A stretch of 64,000 bases of DNA from an uncultured Gemmatimonadales bacterium (GTDB lineage: Bacteria > Gemmatimonadota > Gemmatimonadetes > Gemmatimonadales > GWC2-71-9). The notes under the pieces are model-generated. The model saw nothing but the letters and a program-made list of their open reading frames with translations. It did no database searches and was not told the origin of the DNA. Location: assembly GCA_963728915.1 (NCBI GenBank), contig CAVSLV010000004.1, forward strand, positions 320,001-384,000. The letters run 5' to 3'. Shown one piece after another: positions 9,531-18,400 of this stretch (position 1 is the stretch's first letter; every line of letters begins with the position of its first letter). A program made the position numbers and the translations under genes.

Positions 9531-11051
9531 ATGTCCCAGATCCTGATCACCCTCGCCGATCTCGAGACCGCGGTGCCGCTCAATGCCGCACTCGAGGCGG
9601 CCGGGTTCACCACCGCGGTCGTGTCGCCGGTGGATGACGCGCAAGCGGCGCTCAAGCGGGAGCATCCCGATCTCCTGATTCTCACCGGATCGGTCCGGGA
9701 GCCTACCGCCTTTCAGCTCACCCGCCTCGCTCGGGAAGCCGAGACCTACACGCTGGCGCTGCTCGAGCCCACCGACAGCGAACGGGGGGAACGGGGCGCC
9801 GGCCTGGGCGCCACCGCGGTGCTCACCAAGCCGATCAAACCGGACGACGCCGTGGAGACCGCGCGCCGCCTGGTGGAGCGACGGCGACTGCAGCAGGAGG
9901 CCGGGATTTCGGGTCAGAGCCCGGCGATCCATGAACTCCTCGTCAAGCTCGAACAGATGGGCCCGGTCACCACCACGGTCCTGATTCAGGGAGAATCGGG
10001 AACCGGCAAGGAGCTGGTCGCGAAAGCGCTGCACGATCTCTCGCCCCGTCGAGGCAAGGCATTCATCGCGGTCAATTGCTCGGCGCTTCCCGAGACGCTG
10101 CTCGAATCGGAGCTCTTCGGACACGAGAAGGGAGCGTTCACCGGAGCGGCGGAGCGGCGGCTCGGCCGGTTCGAGCTGGCGGACGGTGGGTCGCTGTTTC
10201 TCGATGAGATCGGGGATGTTCCTCTCGCGGTGCAGGTGAAGCTGCTCCGCGTGCTGGAGAGCCGCACCTTCTTCCGGGTGGGCGGCACCCAGCCCATCAA
10301 GGTCGACGTCCGGGTTATCGCAGCGACCAATCGCGCTTTGCGTGACCTCGTGGCGGTCGGCGAATTCCGCGAAGACTTGTACTATCGGCTTTCGGTTCTC
10401 AACATCTACCTGCCGCCGCTGCGGGATCGCCGGGAAGACATCCCCCTCCTGGTCCGCCGGTTCATTCGCGAACTCTCAAAGACCCACGAACGGGCTTTCC
10501 GCGGTATCACCGCCGAGGCCCTGGCGCGCCTCATCGAAGCGCCCTGGCCCGGGAACGTCCGGCAGCTCCGGAACCTCATCGAATCGATGGTGGTACTGGC
10601 ACCGGGAACCGAGATCCGGGCCTCCGATATCCCGGCCGATGTCCTGGAAGGCCCCACGGTCCTCCCGGTGCTTGTGGGAGGCCGTCATGGCTCCGGGGCC
10701 TCGGCGATCGGACCCCAGGAGCTCGAGTTCATCCTGCGGGGTCTCATGGACCTCCGGGCCCAGGTTGAGGACCTCCGCCGGAGGTTGGACGCCGGCCTCC
10801 CCGGGAGGGCCCGGGTCCAGGTCATCGAGGTCCCCGAACAGACCCTCACCCCGATAGAAATCGACTCAGAAGAGCCTAAACCTGCCCCCACCATCCTGTA
10901 CCGTAGTGGCATGACAATGGCTGATGTAGAGCGTGCCACGATTGCGGCAGCCTTGCGCGAGTGTCAAGGAAATAGACGGAAGGCGGCTGCAATGCTCGGC
11001 ATAGGAGAGCGTACACTGTACCGGAAGATTAAAGAGTTCAAGATCGCCTAA
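9531..11051 (+). CDS. Sigma-54-dependent Fis-family activator with degenerate receiver domain
   Basis: GESGTGKE, ESELFGHEKGAFTGA, LFLDEIG, WPGNVRQL, C-terminal HTH (AAAMLGIGERTLYRKI). Confidence 0.93.
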   Translation: MSQILITLADLETAVPLNAALEAAGFTTAVVSPVDDAQAALKREHPDLLILTGSVREPTAFQLTRLAREAETYTLALLEPTDSERGERGAGLGATAVLTKPIKPDDAVETARRLVERRRLQQEAGISGQSPAIHELLVKLEQMGPVTTTVLIQGESGTGKELVAKALHDLSPRRGKAFIAVNCSALPETLLESELFGHEKGAFTGAAERRLGRFELADGGSLFLDEIGDVPLAVQVKLLRVLESRTFFRVGGTQPIKVDVRVIAATNRALRDLVAVGEFREDLYYRLSVLNIYLPPLRDRREDIPLLVRRFIRELSKTHERAFRGITAEALARLIEAPWPGNVRQLRNLIESMVVLAPGTEIRASDIPADVLEGPTVLPVLVGGRHGSGASAIGPQELEFILRGLMDLRAQVEDLRRRLDAGLPGRARVQVIEVPEQTLTPIEIDSEEPKPAPTILYRSGMTMADVERATIAAALRECQGNRRKAAAMLGIGERTLYRKIKEFKIA

Positions 11052-11087
11052 GTAACGGCGCCAGAACAATTTGAATCTGGGGGACGC

Positions 11088-11115
11088 TTGACAGGGGAGG
11101 ACTTCTTCCCAATCT
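11088..11115 (+). promoter_or_regulatory. Putative sigma70 promoter of the Fe-S cyclase gene
   Basis: Perfect TTGACA at 11088-11093, then CAATCT 16 nt later, ahead of the GTG at 11153. Confidence 0.5.
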
Positions 11116-11152
11116 TGGGTCTGTCGGCTTCCGGCCACTTGGGCGGGTCGGC

Positions 11153-12886
11153 GTGAACTTTGTCATCAATGGCGACACCTGCGTCGCATGCTTGGCGTGC
11201 GTGCGGGTGTGCCCTACCAACGCGATTGCGGTGGCGCCTGACGCCACCACGGTCCGGGTGATCGATGAGGGGTGCATCCGGTGCGGCTTGTGTGTACCGG
11301 AGTGTCCGCACGACGCAGTCGAGGTGAGTGGTGAGCAGGGCCGAGCGGTCGCGATCGCGGCCGAGGGCACCGGCGTGCTGATCCTGGGCACGGAGTGCGC
11401 GGCGCATTTCCATCCGGTGCTTCCGGACCAGGTGGTGAACGCGTGTTATGCCGCCGGGTTCCGGCTGGTCTCGCGCGGAGTGATCGGCGACGAGCTGGTG
11501 GCGGCGGAGTACCTCCGGCTCTGGCGGGCGAACCGGTTCCCGGGCGGAACCCTGATCCGTTCCACCGATTCGGTGGTGGTGGACGCGATCCGGTCCCAGT
11601 ACCCGCAGCTGATTCCCCACCTCGCGCCGGTGGTGGTTCCCGCGGTGGCCGAAGCGCGGTATCTGCGCTCGATTCACGGCGAGGACGTGCAGATCGTCTA
11701 TGCGGGGGTGGTGCCGCCGCCGGATGGGTCGCGCGACGAGGTCGATGCGTCGATCACCTTCGCCGATCTGGCCGAGCTGTTCCGGGTTCGGGGCGTGACT
11801 GCGGCGGCCCAGCCGGTGGTGTTCACCCGGATCCCGGCTGAGCGGCGGCGACATCTTTCGGCGGCTGGGGGGATGCCGCTCGGGCTGCTCGCCGAGCTGA
11901 CCGAAACGAACACGAAATACCGGAAGCTCCGGGGTTTGGTGACGCTCAAGGCGCTGTCCCGGGCCGTCATGGACAAGCTCCCCCTGGGCTTCGTGGACAT
12001 TCTGTCGAGTGAGGGGTCGCTCGACCACCCACTTTCGGGGCCGAAGGACGAGCTCTACTGGCGCCGGGCGGTGGTGCAAAGCTCGGAGCCCCCCCGTAGC
12101 CGGGTGCCGGTGATCGAGCCCGGAGTGGTTGCAAGCGTTGGCGCGGTGTTCGATCTCAAGGCGCGGCATCCGGCCGCCGATGGCGCGGCGGTGCAACAGG
12201 TGCTCAAGACCATCGGGCTCGGCCCCAACGGTAAGCCGTGGGACTGCCGGGCCTGTGGCTACGAGACCTGCCGGGCCTTCGCGGAGGCGGCGGCACTGGG
12301 CCGGGCGAGTCTAAGGCAGTGCGCGCCGTTCCAGGAGCGGCGAGCCGAGGAGTCGCAGCGGGAAGCGGCGACCGACCTGCTGACTGGGCTGGCGACCTTC
12401 CGGGTGCTCCGGGACCGGCTGACCCAGGAGGTCGAGCGCAGCAAGCGGAGTGGCGAGCGGTTCACGGTGCTCTTCATCGACCTGGACCGGCTCAAGCAGG
12501 TCAACGACTCCTACGGCCACGAAGCGGGCAACGAAGTGCTGCGCGCGGTGGCCGCGGAAGTGAAGACCGCGGTCCGGGCGTCGGATCTCGCGGCGCGGTA
12601 TGGCGGAGACGAATTCGTGGTCATCCTGACCCGCACCCATCAGGAAGGGGCGGAGCGGGTGGCCGAGAAGATCCGGGAAGGCGTGGAGGACATCGGCCGG
12701 CGCCTGGGATATCAATCGGCCCCGGTAACGGTGAGCGTGGGAATCGCGGAGTTCGATCCCAAGCATCCTTCGGGGGGCGACCTGCTGGTGCAGGCGGACC
12801 GGGCCCTCTACCGGGCCAAATCGATGGGCCGGAACACGGTGGTCGGACCGTTGATGCTGGAGGAACGGACGGTCGGTGACCGGTGA
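11153..12886 (+). CDS. Fe-S sensor diguanylate cyclase: 2x[4Fe-4S] ferredoxin + degenerate [FeFe]-hydrogenase-like domain + FeS domain + GGDEF
   Basis: CVACLACVRVCP and CIRCGLCVPECP; CRACGYETC..QC; RASD I-site and RYGGDEF; ADRALYRAK. Confidence 0.88.
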   Translation: MNFVINGDTCVACLACVRVCPTNAIAVAPDATTVRVIDEGCIRCGLCVPECPHDAVEVSGEQGRAVAIAAEGTGVLILGTECAAHFHPVLPDQVVNACYAAGFRLVSRGVIGDELVAAEYLRLWRANRFPGGTLIRSTDSVVVDAIRSQYPQLIPHLAPVVVPAVAEARYLRSIHGEDVQIVYAGVVPPPDGSRDEVDASITFADLAELFRVRGVTAAAQPVVFTRIPAERRRHLSAAGGMPLGLLAELTETNTKYRKLRGLVTLKALSRAVMDKLPLGFVDILSSEGSLDHPLSGPKDELYWRRAVVQSSEPPRSRVPVIEPGVVASVGAVFDLKARHPAADGAAVQQVLKTIGLGPNGKPWDCRACGYETCRAFAEAAALGRASLRQCAPFQERRAEESQREAATDLLTGLATFRVLRDRLTQEVERSKRSGERFTVLFIDLDRLKQVNDSYGHEAGNEVLRAVAAEVKTAVRASDLAARYGGDEFVVILTRTHQEGAERVAEKIREGVEDIGRRLGYQSAPVTVSVGIAEFDPKHPSGGDLLVQADRALYRAKSMGRNTVVGPLMLEERTVGDR

Positions 12887-12916
12887 CTCGCCGCCGGTGA
12901 CCCGACCAGGTGACCG

Positions 12917-13690
12917 GTGACCAGTAACAAGGGGGAGGATGGAGTGAGCGGACCGTCAGCGTCGCGCCCGGATCCTGGACCTCGGCCGCCGGCCTCTGGC
13001 CTCAGCGCGGAGAATATCCCGGATCCCTGGGGCGTCCGCCGGGCGGAGAACCTGCTCACCTCGCTCGAGGGAGTGTTGTCGGCGCGGGTGGTGACGACGC
13101 CGCTGGGTGAAGTGAGTGAGGTCCACGTGCTGGCGCAGGCCGGGTTGCCGGCCAAGCAGCTGGTGCGGAACGTCGAGTCGGCGTTGCTGGCGCATCTGGG
13201 ACTCCGGGTGGATCACCGGAAGATCAGCATCGCGCAGACGGCGGAGGTCAAGCCGCTCGAGACGCTGGAGCAGGGCGCGGTTCGCGAGAAGTCGCTGATG
13301 CGGAGCGTGCTGTTCGAGAACATTCAGGTGATGCCGGGCCGGCGGCCAGGGCGCTGCCTGGTGCTGGTGTCGCTGAGTTGTCTTGGGGCAAACGAAGCGG
13401 CGGAGGAAGAGGGGCCGGACTCGACGCGGGGCCGGGTGGAGTCGGCGGCCAAGGCGGCGGTGGCGGTGCTGGACCGATGGATCTCGAGAGGGGCGCTGGT
13501 GCTGGACACGGCCAAGGCGCTCGAGCTCAACGACCGGCAGCTGGTATTCGTGGCGGTGCAGGCGGTGAACGGCCGCGAATCGCTGCTGCTCACGGGGACG
13601 GCGGAGCCGAAGGGGAACCTGGAGCGGGCGGCGGTGCTGGCGGTACTGGATGCGACCAACCGGTGGGCGGAGGCGCGTCGGCCGGCGTAG
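12917..13690 (+). CDS. Hypothetical cytoplasmic protein (start uncertain)
   Basis: Normal codon usage; globular-looking core EVHVLA..KQLVRNVESAL..VDHRKISIAQ and C-terminal AVLAVLDATNR. Confidence 0.75.
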   Translation: MTSNKGEDGVSGPSASRPDPGPRPPASGLSAENIPDPWGVRRAENLLTSLEGVLSARVVTTPLGEVSEVHVLAQAGLPAKQLVRNVESALLAHLGLRVDHRKISIAQTAEVKPLETLEQGAVREKSLMRSVLFENIQVMPGRRPGRCLVLVSLSCLGANEAAEEEGPDSTRGRVESAAKAAVAVLDRWISRGALVLDTAKALELNDRQLVFVAVQAVNGRESLLLTGTAEPKGNLERAAVLAVLDATNRWAEARRPA

Positions 13691-13884
13691 GGATACGGAG
13701 CAGGTGAGGGACTAACCCGCAGGCTGAGATAAAGGAGAGCGACCAAAGGGAGGGGACCCCGGCTATCGCGGTGATTTGAGCGGAGCCGAGAGGGCACAAT
13801 CGAGCGGAGCGTCTGGCGGCCGTAGCGGGGCTCGCCACTTCCCAGTAGGAGCAGTTGGCTTTAAGAGGGGAGGTGACGCTCTAC

Positions 13885-13950
13885 ATGATCGAATGGCTCG
13901 CGGCATTGTTCTCGGCGCTGTTTGCGGCTGAGGTGCAGAGTTGGACGTAA
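13885..13950 (+). CDS. 21-aa small peptide MIEWLAALFSALFAAEVQSWT (not in ORF track)
   Basis: Strong SD GGAGGTG at 13869-13875, 9 nt before ATG; TAA at 13948-13950; ends 42 nt upstream of the HD-GYP gene. Confidence 0.7.
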   Translation: MIEWLAALFSALFAAEVQSWT

Positions 13951-13992
13951 TGCCGTGACCGTCGGGGGCCCCGACCCTAGTCTGAATCAGAG

Positions 13993-15471
13993 ATGCGCAA
14001 GATCACCATCCATTCCTATGTCAGCCTCATCGCAACCGCGTGCCTTATGGTCGTGGGGGCTTCTTGGTTTGGCCGAGGGGTGTATCCGGGATCTTGGGGC
14101 ATTCTTGTCCTTCTCACTGCCGGATTCCTCCTTGAGATTTCGGCGACGGCGCTAAGGAGTGGTAACGCACACGGATCCCTGTCCTTTGTAACTGACTTGT
14201 CAGCGGGTTTGCTTTTTGGTCCGTTCTGGGGAGCAGTGGTTGCCGGCGCTTTCATGACGCTGACCCAGTTCTACACGCGGCGTCCCGCACTAAAGGGGGT
14301 CTTCAACGTCTCCCAAAGAATTCTTTGTTTGGTTGTTTTTCTTTGGATCTACAGGGCCCTTGGAGGAACAATTCCTCCTGCGTTCCTCCGTGACACAAAA
14401 CTGATCGGCGTTCATACGGTCATACCCGTCGTTATTGCGTTTCTTGCTGCAGCATTTGCCTACTTCATGCTGAACTCCCTTTTTGTAAGTGGGGCAGTCG
14501 CGCTTAGCCAAAAGACTTCCGTTGTCGAGATTTGGAGGAAGAACACCCTTTGGGTGCTTGGGTATGACGTGGCCGCGAGCTACATGGCGTTTTTTATTGC
14601 GTGGCTCTACCTGCGATTTGATGGCCCGGATGGATACTCCCGTTTGGGGTTCCTGGCGGTTTTCCTCCCCATCATTGGAGCCAAACACGTCTACACCAAG
14701 TTGAACCAATTGCAGCGACTCTATGATGAGCTTGATTCTGCGCACGATAGACTAGAGCTCAACGTTCGCGAACAACTGGAAATGATGGTTAAATCCATCG
14801 AAGCGCGTGACCCGTATACTTCAGGCCACTCCCGGCGTGTTGCCGCTCTCTCTCGCGCGCTTGCGACTGACCTTGCTTTGGAGGCGAAGCTTGCGGACGA
14901 AATTGAGAACGCTGCTCTCCTGCACGATGTCGGCAAGATTCACGCAGAGTTTGCACCCATCCTTTCTAAGGAAGGTCGGTTGACGGCGGAAGAGTGGGAA
15001 ATCATGAAGACACACTCGATCAAGAGTGCTGAATTGGTGGCGCTTTTCTCGCGTTTCCAAGGGAACGTGCTCAACAGTGTTCGCTCGCATCATGAGCGCT
15101 GGGATGGGAAAGGATACCCGGACGGCATTGCTGGGGAGGCGATTCCATTAGGGGCACGAATCATCATGATCGCGGATACGATTGATGCGATGAGCACTGA
15201 CCGTCCGTATCGCGGAGCGCTCCCGCTAGACAAGGTGATGTCTGAGCTTGTCAAGTATCGGGGAATTCAGTTCGACCCGGCCTTGGTGGACGTCACAGTC
15301 AATTCGGTAACAATCCGTCGACTGATTTCTGATCGGGATTTCCTGGCCGAACAGGTAAGCACGATCAAAGCCTCAACTCGCAAGCCTGCTCGGGCCGCTC
15401 TTCGTTCCCAACGCAGTTTTTGGGAGGGCCTTCGTTCAGCGATGGGTTCCCAAGAGTCCCAAAGCCTGTAG
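13993..15471 (+). CDS. Membrane-bound HD-GYP c-di-GMP phosphodiesterase
   Basis: About 7-8 N-terminal TM helices; DPYTSGHSRRV, LHDVGKI, HHERWDGKGYPDG, ADTIDAMSTDRPYR all intact. Confidence 0.93.
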   Translation: MRKITIHSYVSLIATACLMVVGASWFGRGVYPGSWGILVLLTAGFLLEISATALRSGNAHGSLSFVTDLSAGLLFGPFWGAVVAGAFMTLTQFYTRRPALKGVFNVSQRILCLVVFLWIYRALGGTIPPAFLRDTKLIGVHTVIPVVIAFLAAAFAYFMLNSLFVSGAVALSQKTSVVEIWRKNTLWVLGYDVAASYMAFFIAWLYLRFDGPDGYSRLGFLAVFLPIIGAKHVYTKLNQLQRLYDELDSAHDRLELNVREQLEMMVKSIEARDPYTSGHSRRVAALSRALATDLALEAKLADEIENAALLHDVGKIHAEFAPILSKEGRLTAEEWEIMKTHSIKSAELVALFSRFQGNVLNSVRSHHERWDGKGYPDGIAGEAIPLGARIIMIADTIDAMSTDRPYRGALPLDKVMSELVKYRGIQFDPALVDVTVNSVTIRRLISDRDFLAEQVSTIKASTRKPARAALRSQRSFWEGLRSAMGSQESQSL

Positions 15472-18400
15472 TTGGTCACCGCAGGCCGTAGGTAATTGTG
15501 CCAACGCTTTCTGAAGCTCTCGTAGGTCGCCCTTACGATTTCCACCACCCTTCCTTCGCAAGAAAGCAATCGCACAGTGCAGTTCCGCTCGATCAAGGGC
15601 ATCGAGACGCTCATTCATGTTGCGAACTGTTGTCAGCACCTGCAAGCCCCTCTTGAAATCCTTATTCTCGTCAGAGAGAAGCGCAACCCAACGCGCGTAG
15701 GTTCCAGTCAAAGCCAGCGTTGGAGGGCGATCTTGACCAGCCCCAGCGGCAAGGGCCATCTGGAAGGCTTGTTTCTTCTTGTCGAGCAACCACAGAATGT
15801 CAGCCACAAAATAGAGACCCCAACGGACGATCCAGTCCTCACAACCGTGGGCTTCACGTCGAATTACTTCGATTGTTCGCTGGGCTTCCTCCGAACGACC
15901 AAGGTGCGCTTCCGCAAGCCCAAGTAGACCGGCACTCCGCACCCGGTCAAATGGCTCGGTTCTATCAGTCCTATGTTTTCGCGCGACGAGAGCCCATTCT
16001 AGCTGGAGTCTATGATCTCCTAGACGGAGGTGAGTCATGGCAAGATTTGAGGCTGCCATACTCAACATCCCCTCGTTTCCAAGCCTACCGGCCAGCGTCA
16101 TTGCGTACTCGAAGGGCTGGATGGCCCTTTGGTATTCACCGTCCGCGGTTGCGAGTACACCAATCCCAACCTGAAGTGAAGCTAGCATCGCATCTCTGAT
16201 ACCTGCCCCCTCCAGAATCAGACTGGCTGTCTGTGCCGCTTTCGAGCATGTTTCTGTATCCCTTCGCTGAAAAGCGGCCATCGCTTCTCCCACGAGGACC
16301 ATCGCTTTATCTCGAGGCTCTTCCATTTGCTCTGAAAGTCGTGAGAGAACGCTTTGAAGTCCTTCACAAAGCTCCATATCTCGCAGTTTGGTGGCGATCC
16401 TTGCCGATGCAAGGGCAGCGCGTGCGCGAGCTCCACTTGTTGTGCGTCCTCTGTAGGAAGCAATGAAGGCCCGAACAAGCTCCGTCTCTTCTTCCCGAGC
16501 CAATAGCCCTAGTCTGCTTTTCGCGTCGATCTCGAGCTCTTCATAGAGCTCGATGACCCTTGGTTCAGTGGGACCGACCGCTTTTAGTTCCTCGATTGTC
16601 TCCAAGATGGCCTTCGCCTCACCCATCTCGTGATAGGATTCCGCGAGCAACAAGGCCGCCTCCTGCCAGATGTCCCCTTTGAACTCACGTAAGGCGGAGG
16701 CCAATGCCCGCGCCGCCTCATCCGGCGCTCCGCTTGCAATCGATTGGCGCGATCCAGAAATCAGAAACGGCCCGGCCTCGTCCCGCCGTTTGGCACGGAT
16801 GCAATGCCACGCCACCTCCAGGCCGGGAATCGCGTCGCCGGTCGCAATAGCCGCCAGGAGCTGGGTCGCCACGCTGTCGTGCAATCGTACCCGGGTCGTC
16901 GCCGGAATCTTGAGGTACACCCTGGCCCGCATCACTTCGTTGGTGAACTCGAGCCCCTGATAGGTGCTCCGCAGGATCCGCTGCTCCACCAGCTCCGAGA
17001 GCGCCGCCATGATCTGCGCCTGGGAGAAGTCCAGGCAGCGGAAATACTGAAAGTCATTCAGGCGTGGTCCCAGGATGACCGCGAGATACAACGCGACCCG
17101 GTGCCGCGGCGAGAGGGACGGCACGATCCGCTCGATGAACTGATCGTAGTCCTCGGCTTCGAGCGCCGCCCCGGAGAAGTCGGAGCGCATCGCCGTGAGC
17201 AGCAGCGCCAGGGGCGCGTTGGGATGACTGACCCAGTCCCGGGCGAGCAGTTCGAGCGCCATGGGGTTCCCGGCGGCGGTCCGAAGGATGGCACGCCGCT
17301 GGGGCGCCCCCGGCACCTTGCCCGCCTCGTGAAAGATCAACCGCAACAGCTCTTCCGCCTCGCCTTCGCTGAGCGCGGGGAGATCAATCCGCCGGACCCC
17401 GAGATGGGCAACGGCGCGCCTGATCCGGGCCGCCTGCGGAGGATCCTCCGGACTGGGCGGCCTCCCGCTCAGGATCACCATGAGCCGGTGATTCTCGCTC
17501 CGCCGCAGGAGAAGATGCAGGACACTCAGACTGACTTCGTCCGATCGGGGATAGTCATCCACGATGAGGACGAGAGGCTGTTCCTCCATGATCGCGTCGA
17601 ACATCGCGAAGGTGCCCTCGGCGAAATGCAGCCGGGCCGCTTCACCTTCGGTGTTCAGCGCCGGGGGCAGGTGAGGGAAGCGCTCCCGCACTTTCGGAAC
17701 GATGCGGGCCACCTCGGCAAGCGACTCGGGAGCCGTCCCCGCCACCCCCGGACGGTCCAGGAGCTCGGTGATCAGCGCTCCCATCATTCCAAAGGCGATC
17801 CGCTGTTCCAGCTCGAAGCACTGCACCCGGGCAATCGCCGCCCCCGCGAAGGACGCCATGGATCCGAACCGCATCGCGAGCGTCGATTTCCCGATTCCCG
17901 ATTCGCCGGTAAGCAGCACGTGGGTGCTCCTGGAGCGGCTGGTGGTCTCCCAGGCCTCGAACAACACCCGGTACTCCGCCGCCCTGCCGACGAACGGGCG
18001 CTCCCCGTATTGCTCGACGATCGCCGCCGCCGGATTCGCGGCCAAGGCGAGGCTTCGCTTGCGGAGCCGACCGGCCAGCGCTTCGACTTCGGCCGAGGGC
18101 GCAGCGTGCAGTTCATTCTGGAGGTCGCGTTTCCATCGCTCGTAAAGACGCAAGGCGCCGAGCCGGTCGCCCTGAAGCGCCAGAGACTCCATGCGCGCGA
18201 TAATCCCTTCGTCGGCGAGTTGATCCAGGCTCAGCAACCGCTCGGCGAAGACGGTCATCGCGCCGGCATCGCCGGAACGGCGGGCTCGGTCGATGAAGGC
18301 GGCGAGCGCGGTCTTGATGGCAGGGAGGAACTCCGCGCGTTTCCCGTCGAGCCAGTGCTGGAAGCCCGGGGCGTCGATGATATCGAAATCGCGGAGGAGG

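Noticed and set aside
11153..12886. Active [FeFe]-hydrogenase
   Set aside because: H-cluster Cys motifs are absent and no maturase genes are in the window.
13695..13730. SAM-I riboswitch-like fragment (GAGCAGGTGAGGGACTAACCCG)
   Set aside because: No downstream GCAACC..GTGC core and no methionine-related gene follows.
13790..13808. Sigma-54 -24/-12 promoter for the peptide gene
   Set aside because: Only GG-N10-GC is satisfied; TGGCAC and TTGC are not in register.
13790..13840. c-di-GMP-I riboswitch
   Set aside because: GGCACA and GTAGCGGGG resemble the ends, but the span is too short and lacks the GNRA-capped P2 stem; kept only as an unexplained leader.
13885..13950. Trp attenuator leader peptide
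   Set aside because: The two Trp codons are not adjacent, no terminator hairpin with U-tract follows, and the downstream gene is not biosynthetic.
13951..16750. Prophage or integrative element explaining the low-GC block
   Set aside because: No integrase, transposase, phage gene, tRNA or flanking direct repeat seen.
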